Below are positions 51,813 through 61,253 of a stretch of 64,000 nucleotides of DNA, in pieces (the stretch's first letter is position 1; the number at the start of each line of letters is the position of its first letter). Where the stretch lies: positions 1 to 64,000 of the forward strand of contig JBGQBE010000011.1 in assembly GCA_041494685.1 (NCBI GenBank), written 5' to 3'. Made by a program: the position numbers and the translations under genes. A model generated the notes under the pieces. That model was not told where the DNA came from. It saw only the letters and a list, made by a program, of their open reading frames with translations, and ran no database searches. The DNA comes from Dehalococcoidia bacterium. Its GTDB lineage: Bacteria; Chloroflexota; Dehalococcoidia; DSTF01; JACRBR01.

Positions 51813-53017
51813 GCGGCGTCGCGCCCGTGCCGCCGGAGCAGCGGCTGCGCATCGCCGTGCTCGCCGACTTCGACGGCCCGCACGCTCGCTCCTGGCTGCG
51901 CTGGTTCGTCGAGCGCGGCCACGACGTCCACGCGATCTCGTACTACGCGCCCCGCGAGCCGATCGACGGCGTCACCGTCCACGCGCTCCGCCCCTCCGCG
52001 CACGGCGCATCGGCGGGTGGCGGCGCCTCCGGCGCTGCCTCGCTTGCGGGCCGCCTGCCGCGCGGCCTCGTGCGCGTCGCGCAGGCGCTGCGCTACCGAC
52101 GCGCCGGCCTCGCCCGCACCGTCCGGGCGATCGCGCCCGATGTGTTGCACGCGCACTACGTCGTCGAGCACGGCTTCTACGGCGCGCTCACCGGCTTCCA
52201 CCCGTACGTCGTCACCGCCTGGGGCAGCGACATCCTCGTCGAGCCCGGCCGCGATCCGCTGACGAAGCTCATCGCGCGCTGGACGCTCCGCCGCGCCGAC
52301 GCCGCCACGTCGAACAACCGCTACATGGCGGAACGCATGGCCGCGCTCGGCGCGCCGCGCGACCGCATCAGCGTCATCACGCTCGGCGCCGACCGCTCGT
52401 TCCTCGATCGCCACGACGCGTCGGTGAACGTCGGTGCCGCCGAGCCGGGCCGCGCGCCCGTCGTGCTGAGCACGCGCGCCCACGAGCCGCTCTACAACGT
52501 CGCCGACGTCATCGCCGCCTACGCCCGCGTCGCCCGCGCCCGGCCCGACGCGAAGCTCGTCGTCGCGCACGGCGGCTCGCTCACGCAGGACCTGCAGCGC
52601 CGCGCCGCCGAGGCCGGTGGCCGCGTCGAGTTCATCGGCTTCGTCACGCCCGTCGCGCTGCGCGACGCGATGACTCAAGCCGAGGTCTTCGTCTCCGTGC
52701 CGTCGTCCGACGGCACCTCGGTCGCACTGCTCCAGGCGATGGCCGCCGGCTGCTTCCCGGTCGTCTCCGACCTCCCGACCCAGCGCGAGCTCGTCGAGGA
52801 CGGCGTCACCGGCTTCCGCGTACCGCCGCATCGCCCCGACCTGCTCGCCGAACGCATCGTGCGCGCGCTCGCCGAAGCCGATCTCCGCCGCGCCGCCGCC
52901 GCCCGCAACCGCGCCCTCGTCGAAGATCGCGGCCTCAACGAGCACCAGATGGCGAAGATGGAGGCGGTGTACCGCCAGCTCGTCGGCGTGCCATCCGCTT
53001 CAGTTTCAGGCAAGTAG
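51809..53017 (+). CDS. GT4 glycosyltransferase
   Basis: ATGA overlap; PDVLHAH, WGSDI, SDGTSVALLQAMAAG. Confidence 0.88.
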   Translation: MSGVAPVPPEQRLRIAVLADFDGPHARSWLRWFVERGHDVHAISYYAPREPIDGVTVHALRPSAHGASAGGGASGAASLAGRLPRGLVRVAQALRYRRAGLARTVRAIAPDVLHAHYVVEHGFYGALTGFHPYVVTAWGSDILVEPGRDPLTKLIARWTLRRADAATSNNRYMAERMAALGAPRDRISVITLGADRSFLDRHDASVNVGAAEPGRAPVVLSTRAHEPLYNVADVIAAYARVARARPDAKLVVAHGGSLTQDLQRRAAEAGGRVEFIGFVTPVALRDAMTQAEVFVSVPSSDGTSVALLQAMAAGCFPVVSDLPTQRELVEDGVTGFRVPPHRPDLLAERIVRALAEADLRRAAAARNRALVEDRGLNEHQMAKMEAVYRQLVGVPSASVSGK

Positions 53018-53071
53018 ATCGGTAACACCCTTCCAGAAGTCGCGCGAGATCGAGGCGTCGGCTAGCATCTG

Positions 53072-54172
53072 ATGGGCCGCGCCCGTGCGGTGCCGTTCCA
53101 CGATGCGAGGGCCGTAGTGGATGTAGCGCAAGTTGCAGGCCCCGTGAGCCGATTCGAACCGCAGCGACGATGGTTCATCCTTGAGCTTGTCGCGTTGGAG
53201 CTTGGGTTGACGGGCATGCTCGCGTTCTACGTGTGGAGTGCGTATCCGCCGCTGGATAGTTGGATCACGGTGCTGGGCTGGATGGCCTACGGTCTGGCCG
53301 CAGCGTCGCTCTGTCGGTGGGCTCTTAGCGCCTGTTTCGACTACATCGAGATTGGCGATGGCGTGTTTCGCCGACGCAATCGACTCCGGCTGCACCAGAC
53401 CGCGGTGAGACTCTCCGAATTGAGCGGTGTCACCACCGCTCAACACGGATGGCTGGGAGGACGCGCAGTTCGGGTCGGGTGGCCGGCCGGATCTGTATTC
53501 ATCCCGGTTCCCATATCGAACGACGGACGTTCATGGTCTTCATGGGGATGGAGTGACGTACGAGCGATCGTGTCGTGCCTACAACAACATGGAGTGCCGG
53601 TGTCCCGCGACGCACTTTTGGAGCTGAATCTAGCGTTGCCGGCTCCCGAAGCTAACGCTCCGATGACCCGCTATTGGCCGACCGGCAGTCATCGTGGCGT
53701 CGCCGGCAAGATCGTGGCGGCTCTGCTTCTCGTGGCGCCGGCTGCCGGTCTGATCTGGCTAAACCGCGGCGTCCCGATCGCACGATGGGAGGCGCAGGCG
53801 TTTTGGGTGGCATGGATCTTCGTCGTCCTGTTCGTCGTGAGCAACGAGTTCGAGTACGTCGAGATCGGCCAGGGGAACTTTCGGCGCGTTGGGTTCTTCA
53901 CGCTCTCGCAAACGAGCGTTCCGCTGTCTCAGATCAGCGGCATAGCCATCTTGCACGGCTGGCTCGGCATCCCGCGTATCACGGTCGAATGGCCCCGCGG
54001 GAAGGTCGAATTCGCGCCGGTTCACCTCGACCCCCGTCTTGGCCTGACGCGCTGGACGCCATACGGCATCAGACAGGTCGTGCAACGGCTGCGGCAAGAG
54101 GGAGTGACCGTTAGTGACGACGTGCTAGACGAATTGGGCTTGGAGATGGAGACACCGGAAGGTATCGAATGA
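53072..54172 (+). CDS. Hypothetical membrane protein with an internal duplication
   Basis: Two homologous halves (FDYIEIG...HGWLG...W and FEYVEIG...HGWLG...W); lower GC; start uncertain. Confidence 0.6.
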   Translation: MGRARAVPFHDARAVVDVAQVAGPVSRFEPQRRWFILELVALELGLTGMLAFYVWSAYPPLDSWITVLGWMAYGLAAASLCRWALSACFDYIEIGDGVFRRRNRLRLHQTAVRLSELSGVTTAQHGWLGGRAVRVGWPAGSVFIPVPISNDGRSWSSWGWSDVRAIVSCLQQHGVPVSRDALLELNLALPAPEANAPMTRYWPTGSHRGVAGKIVAALLLVAPAAGLIWLNRGVPIARWEAQAFWVAWIFVVLFVVSNEFEYVEIGQGNFRRVGFFTLSQTSVPLSQISGIAILHGWLGIPRITVEWPRGKVEFAPVHLDPRLGLTRWTPYGIRQVVQRLRQEGVTVSDDVLDELGLEMETPEGIE

Positions 54173-54299
54173 TCGCGTAGCGGCTGGCCGCTCATCGTGC
54201 AGGCGCCCCAGAGTGCTGTTTGCTGTTTGCTGTTTGCCGTCGCCCCCTGTTGTCTGTCGTCTGCTGTCTGTTGTTCGGCTCCCCCCGTATCCTTCCCCC

Positions 54300-55394
54300 A
54301 TGACCTCCGACTACATGCGCCGCGCCCTCGCGCTCGCCGCATCCGTCCTCGGCTCGACCAGCCCGAACCCCGCCGTGGGCTGCGTGCTCGTGCGCGACGG
54401 CGTCGTCGTCGGCGAGGGCGCCACGCAGCCGCCCGGCGCCGCCCACGCCGAGGTCATGGCGCTGCGCGCCGCCGGCGACCGCGCCCGCGGCGCCACCGCC
54501 TACGTCACGCTGGAGCCGCACGCCCACCACGGCCGCACGCCCCCCTGCACCGACGCGCTGATCGCCGCCGGCGTCGCCTCCGTGCGCGCCGCCATGCTCG
54601 ACCCCAGCCCGGAGGTCGCCGGCCGCGGCGTCGCGCAGTTGCGCGAGGCCGGGATCGACGTCGAGACCGGCGACGGCGGGGCCGAGGCGTCCAGGCTGCT
54701 CGAGGGCTACATCAAGCACCGCGCCACCGGCCTGCCCTTCGTCATCGCGAAGTTCGCCGCAACGCTCGACGGAAAGATCGCCGCGTCCAGCGGCGACTCG
54801 CGCTGGGTCGCCGGCGAGGAGGCGCGCGCCTGGGCGCACCAGCACCGGACGAAGGTCGACGCCATCATGTGCGGCGTCAACAACGTCCTGCTCGACGACC
54901 CGCAGCTCACCGCGCGCCCCGGCGGCGTCCCCGCCGCGCGACAGCCGCTTCGCGTCGTCGCCGACTCGCGCGGCCGCACGCCGCTCGACGCGAAGGTGCT
55001 GGGCCCGGGCGGACCGACGCTGATCGCCACGACCGACGCGTCGCCGCCGCAGTGGCGCGCCGCCGTGCAGGCCGCCGGTGCCGAGGCCGCCGTGCTGCCC
55101 GCGGACGCCGACGGCCGCGTCGACCTGCGTGCGCTGATGCGCCTGCTCGGCGAACGCGGCGTCCTCACGCTGCTCTGCGAGGGCGGCGGCGTCCTGCACG
55201 GCAGTTTCTTCGCCGCGCGGCTCGTCGACCGCGTCCACGCCATCATCGCGCCGAAGATCGTCGGCGGCGCCGCCTACCCCGCCGTCGCCGGCCGCGGCGC
55301 CGCCCGCATGGCCGACGCCGTCACGCTGCGCGACGTCGAGACGCAGCGCCTCGGCGACGACGTCGTGATCGTGGGGTACGTCAACAACCCCTGA
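54300..55394 (+). CDS. ribD: Riboflavin biosynthesis deaminase/reductase
   Basis: SPNPAVG, HAE, TLEP...GRTPPC, TLDGKIA, DDPQLTAR, EGG. Confidence 0.94.
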   Translation: MTSDYMRRALALAASVLGSTSPNPAVGCVLVRDGVVVGEGATQPPGAAHAEVMALRAAGDRARGATAYVTLEPHAHHGRTPPCTDALIAAGVASVRAAMLDPSPEVAGRGVAQLREAGIDVETGDGGAEASRLLEGYIKHRATGLPFVIAKFAATLDGKIAASSGDSRWVAGEEARAWAHQHRTKVDAIMCGVNNVLLDDPQLTARPGGVPAARQPLRVVADSRGRTPLDAKVLGPGGPTLIATTDASPPQWRAAVQAAGAEAAVLPADADGRVDLRALMRLLGERGVLTLLCEGGGVLHGSFFAARLVDRVHAIIAPKIVGGAAYPAVAGRGAARMADAVTLRDVETQRLGDDVVIVGYVNNP

Positions 55395-55529
55395 GCCGGC
55401 GGCACCGCCGTCTCGCTACAATGTCTTCGCCGCGGCACGTCGCGCGGCACGCCCGATATGGCCCGGAATTGTGCAATCGTGCGCTTGCCGGCCTGAGAAT
55501 TGCGAAAAACGCAGCAATCCCGGCACCCG

Positions 55530-55558
55530 TTGACGAGATATATACTTAGCGTTACGAT
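55530..55558 (+). promoter_or_regulatory. Internal promoter upstream of riboflavin synthase
   Basis: TTGACG, N17, TACGAT. Confidence 0.55.
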
Positions 55559-55579
55559 GACACTAACTCCGGAGGTCGC

Positions 55580-56191
55580 ATGTTCACGGGCATCATCGAA
55601 GAGCTGGGCACCGTCCGCCACAACAAAGACGGCGAGCTTGCCGTCAACGCCAAGCTGGTGCTCTGGGGCACCAACCTCGGCGACAGCATCTCCGTGAACG
55701 GCGTCGATCTCACCGCCAAGTACTTCGACGAGGACGGCGTGCTCTTCAACGTCATGCCCGAGACCCTCCGGCGCAGCAGCCTCGGCGATCTCAAGCCCGG
55801 CGATCTCGTCAACCTCGAACGCTCGCTCACTCTCGCCGGCCGCCTCAGCGGCCACATGGTGCGCGGCGTCGTCGAAGGCACTGGCACGCTCCACTCCTTC
55901 ACGCCCGAGGGCGAGGCGATCATCGCCCGCTTCAATGCCCCGTCCGAGATCCTCCGCTACGTGATCGTCAAGGGTCCGGTCGCCATCGACGGCATCAGCC
56001 TCACCGTCATCGACAAAGATGCGAAGACGTTCGCCGTCTCGCTCGTCCAGTACACGCAGGAGCACACCAACCTGCACACGAAGAAGCCCGGCGACCTCGT
56101 GAACCTCGAGACCGATATCATCGCCCGCTACGTCGAAGCGATGCTGCAGGACCGTCAGGAAGTTGGAGCGGTGCGGACCGCGCAGCCGTAG
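55580..56191 (+). CDS. ribE: Riboflavin synthase (alpha chain)
   Basis: MFTGI N-terminus, two VNLE repeats, DGISLT. Confidence 0.9.
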   Translation: MFTGIIEELGTVRHNKDGELAVNAKLVLWGTNLGDSISVNGVDLTAKYFDEDGVLFNVMPETLRRSSLGDLKPGDLVNLERSLTLAGRLSGHMVRGVVEGTGTLHSFTPEGEAIIARFNAPSEILRYVIVKGPVAIDGISLTVIDKDAKTFAVSLVQYTQEHTNLHTKKPGDLVNLETDIIARYVEAMLQDRQEVGAVRTAQP

Positions 56192-56254
56192 CGCGCGCCG
56201 CAACCGCGTGACCCCGCGATCGTGAGGGACGTCTTGGACCGAGAAACGCCACGT

Positions 56255-57478
56255 GTGACCGAGAAAGAAGCGGAGCGCGCCAGGACGCTCGCGACCGTCG
56301 ACGAGGCGATCGAGGAGTTCCGCAACGGGCGCTTCGTCATCATCATCGATGACGAGGACCGTGAGAACGAGGGCGACCTCACCATCCCGGCCCAGTTCGC
56401 CACGCCCGAGGCGATCAACTTCATGGCCCGCCATGGACGCGGCCTGATCTGCGTGCCCATGACCGCCGAGCGGCTCGAAGAACTCCACGTGCCGATGATG
56501 GTCAACCACAACGATTCGCACTTCGGCACGCCGTTCTCCGTCTCCGTCGAGGCGCGCTCCGGCGTCACCACCGGCATCTCGGCCGCCGACCGCGCCCGCA
56601 CCACCCAGGTGCTGATCGACCCCAAGACCCGCCCGAACGACCTGGTCATGCCCGGCCACGTCTTCCCACTCCGCGCCCGCGAGGGCGGCGTGCTCGTGCG
56701 CGCCGGCCAGACCGAGGCCACGGTCGACCTCTGCAAGCTCGCCGGCCTCTACCCGGCCGGCGTCCTCTGCGAGATCATGAACCAGGACGGCACCATGTCC
56801 CGCCTGCCGCAGCTCAAGCGCTTCGCCAGGCGCCACAACCTCAAGATCATCAGCGTCACCCAGCTCATCGAGTACCGCACCCACAAGGAGAAGCTGGTCC
56901 GCCGCGTCGCCGACACCGTGCTGCCGACGGAGTACGGCGAGTGGCGCTGCATCGCCTACAAGGCGATCACCGACCCGGACGAGCACGTCGCGCTCGTCTA
57001 CGGCGACGTCGCCGGCGATGATCCGGTGATGGTGCGCGTGCACAGCCAGTGCGTCACGGGCGACGTCTTCGGCTCGCAGCGCTGCGACTGCGGCGAGCAG
57101 TTGCACCTCGCGATGAAGATGATCGCCGACTCCGGCAAGGGCGTCGTCGTCTACATGCGGCAGGAAGGGCGCGGCATCGGCCTGCACAACAAGATCAAGG
57201 CCTACAAGCTGCAGGACCAGGGCATGGACACCGTCGAGGCCAACGAAGCCCTCGGCTTCCCCGCCGACCGCCGCGACTACGGCATCGGCATGCAGATCCT
57301 CGTCGACCTTGGCCTCAAGAACCTGCGCCTGCTCACCAACAACCCCGCCAAGCGCGCCGGCCTTGAAGGCTTCGGCCTCCAGATCGTGGACCGCGTCCCC
57401 GTCATCGCCGAGCCCAACGAGCACAACGTCCGCTACCTCGAAACCAAGCGCAAGAAGATGGGCCATCTGCTGGGGTAG
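56255..57478 (+). CDS. ribBA: DHBP synthase / GTP cyclohydrolase II
   Basis: DDEDRENEGD, TTGISAADR, RVHSQC...RCDCG, QEGRGIG; start approximate. Confidence 0.95.
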   Translation: MTEKEAERARTLATVDEAIEEFRNGRFVIIIDDEDRENEGDLTIPAQFATPEAINFMARHGRGLICVPMTAERLEELHVPMMVNHNDSHFGTPFSVSVEARSGVTTGISAADRARTTQVLIDPKTRPNDLVMPGHVFPLRAREGGVLVRAGQTEATVDLCKLAGLYPAGVLCEIMNQDGTMSRLPQLKRFARRHNLKIISVTQLIEYRTHKEKLVRRVADTVLPTEYGEWRCIAYKAITDPDEHVALVYGDVAGDDPVMVRVHSQCVTGDVFGSQRCDCGEQLHLAMKMIADSGKGVVVYMRQEGRGIGLHNKIKAYKLQDQGMDTVEANEALGFPADRRDYGIGMQILVDLGLKNLRLLTNNPAKRAGLEGFGLQIVDRVPVIAEPNEHNVRYLETKRKKMGHLLG

Positions 57479-57973
57479 GTACGGGCGGTAGCGCGGTGTC
57501 TGATGCTCGCGATCACCTTCTGTATGCGGCGACCGCGCGGCTAAGGTGCTCGCCTACGTCAGCCGAACAACTGCGCTGAAGCGCATCGCCCGCGAGAAGA
57601 ACCGCAACGGGGATCCGGCGAGGCGTGCGAGCTTGGATTCGGAGCGTCGCTGGGCAACGTCTAACGCCGAAACGGTATCGGGCTGTACATCGTGAAGCGA
57701 TTCCATGGAGACCCCCCTGTCCGGCGGGTTCTGGTACCGAAGCTGGACGACCGAAGGTCAGTATGGAGCGAAGCGGAATCACTGACCTTCCTGCCAAGCG
57801 GCGAGCAAGAAAAAGGATTGACAAGGGGCAGGCGCGTGCGAGACAATGGTCGCAGACTCGCTAGTACGTAATGAGTGACGGGTGCTTGACGAGTCGGCAG
57901 TGGAAGACCGATGAAGAAGCTATGCATACATCGTTGCCGCCGCTCCCTCTGGCGTCCGGAGGGCGATTAGGCG

Positions 57974-58501
57974 ATGAGATCCCGCCGTCGATCTCGGCCG
58001 GTGGCGACCGGTGCGTTCTTGGCCTGTCTCTGCATGACGATTACGGTGTTAGGTTGTTCGAACAACAGTCACGTCGTTCGGCTTGGCTCGGTTGACGCGT
58101 TAAGCGTGGATGAACCGGTCCTGTACACGCAGTATCGGTTATATGTGGTTCGCCTAGCCCCTGGACCCGATGGCGCGCCACAAGTGCGTGCGCTCTCAGC
58201 CGTGTCTCCTTGGATGGGCTGTGCGATCGACTGGCAGCCGACGAGACGGTATGGGGGCGAAGGTTCGCAGGTGCCCTTGCATGTGGGCGTGTTCGCCGAT
58301 CTCTGCGCGGGGGCGATCTTCGCCGCCGATGGCTCGTACCTGTCAGGGCCCTCTCCATCGAACCTCAACGAATTCAGGTTGACCGTGAGACCGGGCGATC
58401 AGACAATAGTTGTCGATCTGAATGACCGGATCTGTGGGTCTCATCCTCCCGGCCCGTCGCCCACAACCTGCGAGGCCACCGCTACGGCGACGCGCTCATA
58501 G
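57974..58501 (+). CDS. Rieske-like lipoprotein lacking cluster ligands
   Basis: Lipobox-like VLGC; SPWMGC...DLCAGAIFAADGSYLSGPSP. Confidence 0.6.
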   Translation: MRSRRRSRPVATGAFLACLCMTITVLGCSNNSHVVRLGSVDALSVDEPVLYTQYRLYVVRLAPGPDGAPQVRALSAVSPWMGCAIDWQPTRRYGGEGSQVPLHVGVFADLCAGAIFAADGSYLSGPSPSNLNEFRLTVRPGDQTIVVDLNDRICGSHPPGPSPTTCEATATATRS

Positions 58502-58840
58502 CTCTGACTCGTTACGCCGAATGATCCACTCCCCGCGCTTGGCCATTCGGCGACCTTGGTCCACAGTCAAGAGGCTTGGCGATGCCTACAACCGGCAAAC
58601 GCGCGGGTGTATGGCCGGAGGGTTCACGGCGGTGCGACGTCGCCCTCCTGGCTCATAGGCGGAGCGGGTTCTTCCGGCCAAGCCACCATAATCCGACTGT
58701 CTGGCGATTATGTCGGTTCCAGCGCTCTCACAAAGCCCGAATCTGTCCCGGAAATGGGACAAACGCACCACTCGCTGCACCCTCCGCCGCGCGATGATGA
58801 AGGTGGCGGATGCGCTATCCTGCCACTACCGGAGGATCCA

Positions 58841-59323
58841 TTGGCCAAAGGCGGACTCAGCTTCGAGGGCGGGCTCGACGCGGCCGGGCTGCGCGTAGCC
58901 GTAGTCGTCGCGCGCTTTAACGCGCACGTAACAGGCCCGCTGTACGATGGTTGCAGGGACGAGCTCGCCTGCCGCGGCCTCGACCTCGACACTCTGACCG
59001 CCGTCGAGGTACCCGGCTGCTTCGAGCTGCCGGTCGTCGCGAAGGAGCTCGCCGCCAGCGGCCGCTACGACGCGGTGATCTGCATCGGCGCGGTCATCCG
59101 CGGCGACACGCCGCACTTCGACTACGTGTCGTCGGGCACCGCCAGCGGCATCCAGCGCGCCGCGCTCGATACCGGCGTACCGGTCATCTTCGGCGTGCTG
59201 ACGACGGACAACGAGGAGCAGGCGCTCGAACGCATCGGCGGCGCCGCCGGCCACAAGGGGCGCGAGGCCGCGCTCACGGCGATCGAGATCGCCCACACGA
59301 TGCGCCGGCTGCGCGCGGGCTGA
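58841..59323 (+). CDS. ribH: 6,7-dimethyl-8-ribityllumazine synthase
   Basis: TTG after GGAGG; VARFN, VPGCFELP, IRGDTPHFDYV, VIFGVLT. Confidence 0.95.
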   Translation: MAKGGLSFEGGLDAAGLRVAVVVARFNAHVTGPLYDGCRDELACRGLDLDTLTAVEVPGCFELPVVAKELAASGRYDAVICIGAVIRGDTPHFDYVSSGTASGIQRAALDTGVPVIFGVLTTDNEEQALERIGGAAGHKGREAALTAIEIAHTMRRLRAG

Positions 59324-59394
59324 GCCGTGCCGGCGCATACACAGGCATACGACGCCCCGCCACCAGGCGGGGGAATCGCACAGGAGGCGACATC

Positions 59395-59790
59395 ATGGCA
59401 GTAAAAGCAGACGAAGTCCGTCACCCGGACCAGGTCGAAGACGATTTCGATTGGGAGGCCGTGGCCAAGGGCGAGCGTGTCGACGCCGAGACGCACCGCA
59501 CGCTGCGCCTGGCGCACCGCGCCATCGCCAAGTTCCCGGAGATGAGCGGCAAGTACAAGGCTTACGCCGGCGCCGTCGCCGTCGTCTCCAGCGTCGCGAC
59601 GCTCATGGGCGCCGTCGCTATCAGTCGCAAGATGAAGCGCGGCATGAGCGCCGACAAGGCGCTCGCGTCGCTCACCATCGCCGACATCGAGGCCGCCGTC
59701 CACGTCGCCGCGCGCGACCAGCGCTACAAGCGCCTGATCCGCAAGATCTCCCGCCGCGGCGCGAAACCCTCCCAGGACCAGACAGAGTAG
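59395..59790 (+). CDS. Hypothetical protein with one TM segment
   Basis: AGGAGG RBS, host-like codon usage. Confidence 0.65.
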   Translation: MAVKADEVRHPDQVEDDFDWEAVAKGERVDAETHRTLRLAHRAIAKFPEMSGKYKAYAGAVAVVSSVATLMGAVAISRKMKRGMSADKALASLTIADIEAAVHVAARDQRYKRLIRKISRRGAKPSQDQTE

Positions 59791-59799
59791 CGCCCGCCG

Positions 59800-60252
59800 G
59801 TGCGGCGCGATCGCGTCTACGCCTTCCGCTGGCGCCCGCCCCGGCGCCGCGATCTCGATGCCGCCGGCCTCGCCGTCCGCTTCGTCGTCAACGTCGCCGC
59901 GCTCTGGTTCGCCCAGCTCATCATCCGCGGCTTCGATATCGACAGTGCCTCCGCGCTGATCTTCGGCGCGGCCATCTTCGGCCTCGTCAACGCCCTCATC
60001 CGCCCCGTCGTCGCCATGTTCTCCTGCCTGCTCACGTGCGCGACGCTCGGCCTCTTCACACTGATCATCAACACCGCCATGCTGGCCCTCACCGCCCGCA
60101 TCGCCGATGTCTTCGGACTCGCCTTCACCGTCCACGGATTCCGCGCCGCCTTCCTGGGCGCCCTCGTCATCTCCATCGTCAGCACGGTCCTCAGCCGCTG
60201 GGCCGACCGCCAGGTCCTCGGCCACGAGCCGGGCTTCGACGACTGGGGCTGA
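59800..60252 (+). CDS. YvlD/DUF360 (phage holin 4_2-like) four-TM protein
   Basis: GLVNALIRP...TLGLFTLIINTAML. Confidence 0.85.
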   Translation: MRRDRVYAFRWRPPRRRDLDAAGLAVRFVVNVAALWFAQLIIRGFDIDSASALIFGAAIFGLVNALIRPVVAMFSCLLTCATLGLFTLIINTAMLALTARIADVFGLAFTVHGFRAAFLGALVISIVSTVLSRWADRQVLGHEPGFDDWG

Positions 60253-60456
60253 TTCGCTTTACATAGCGAGCCTGGCCGTCGATGAACGCCGTTCATCGGA
60301 CACATAACGATTGCCGATCGGCCCCACCCGTGCTATTCTTGCAGCCCCGTGGGTTCCTCTCCGGGACAAGCTGGGACATCGTGAAAGACCTGCTGCCGGC
60401 GCACCCCGCGCGCTGGCGCTGCGTGCCGTATTGGCCGTCCGGGAGGTTCGTCGGAA

Positions 60457-60993
60457 GTGCATGTAACGCCAGACGCGTGCGAGGCCCTGAGCAAGCTCCT
60501 GGTCCGCCGCCCGAATCAAGACCGCTGTCTGCGCCTCAGCACCGTCCAGGGCAACTACCGCTTCGTGATGGACGAACCCATCGAGCAGGACATCACCTAC
60601 CACTACGAAGACCGCCTCGTCCTCTGCGTCTCCGAGACCGTCTCCCGCGACCTCTGGGGCATCACCGTCGATTGCACGCTTGAGGATGGCAAGAAGAAGC
60701 TGATCTTCCGCAAAGCCCGCCATGGCGAGCCCTTCGACGCCGTCAAGGACGACACCGAGGTCGTGCCGCCGCAGTGGCGCACCAGCGAACACGAGCGCCT
60801 GCTCGCCGAGATCGCCGAGATCGGCCGCCAGATCGCCACGCTTCGGGGCGGCTCCAAGAGCGCCCTGCGCGAGCAACTCCAGGTGCTCGAAGCGAAGAAA
60901 CAGGAGAAATGGGACGCCATTCGCACCCTCTGGGCGGGCGATGGCGGCTGGCACAAACGCAACGGGGCTGTTCCTGTGCAGGCAGCCGAGTAA
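60457..60993 (+). CDS. Hypothetical protein: HesB/IscA-like N-terminal domain plus C-terminal helical hairpin
   Basis: GGGAGG RBS; VTPDACEAL...LRL...D...VLCV...ITVD pattern. Confidence 0.55.
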   Translation: MHVTPDACEALSKLLVRRPNQDRCLRLSTVQGNYRFVMDEPIEQDITYHYEDRLVLCVSETVSRDLWGITVDCTLEDGKKKLIFRKARHGEPFDAVKDDTEVVPPQWRTSEHERLLAEIAEIGRQIATLRGGSKSALREQLQVLEAKKQEKWDAIRTLWAGDGGWHKRNGAVPVQAAE

Positions 60994-61040
60994 ACTGGGG
61001 CGGTATACGCACCCGCCCCGGCGGGTAGATTGGAGCGTTC

Positions 61041-61238
61041 GTGGCGTCAGTAGACCTTCGTGACGGGGAATCCCCCGAACATCTGATTACGCGCTTCCGC
61101 CAGATGGTGCAGCGCGACGGCATCCTGCGCGAGATCAAGCAGCGCCGGCACTTCATCCCCAAGAGTGAGCGCCGCCGCATCGCCCGCGCCAAGGCCGCCC
61201 GCCGCCGCCGCAGGGCGAAGCGCACCGTCCCCGCGTAA
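61041..61238 (+). CDS. rpsU: 30S ribosomal protein S21
   Basis: GES...RF...GILREIKQRRHFIPKSERRR. Confidence 0.9.
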   Translation: MASVDLRDGESPEHLITRFRQMVQRDGILREIKQRRHFIPKSERRRIARAKAARRRRRAKRTVPA

Positions 61239-61253
61239 CCCGCTCCGCGCAGC

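Noticed and set aside
54173..54299. FMN riboswitch before ribD
   Set aside because: Spacer is heptamer repeats plus a -10 box just before the ATG; no RFN consensus seen
58510..58650. Possible PIN-toxin remnant or structured RNA in the rib insert
   Set aside because: Only a weak short peptide resemblance and a single hairpin
59800..60252. Prophage lysis gene
   Set aside because: YvlD/DUF360 genes are commonly chromosomal and no phage genes are nearby
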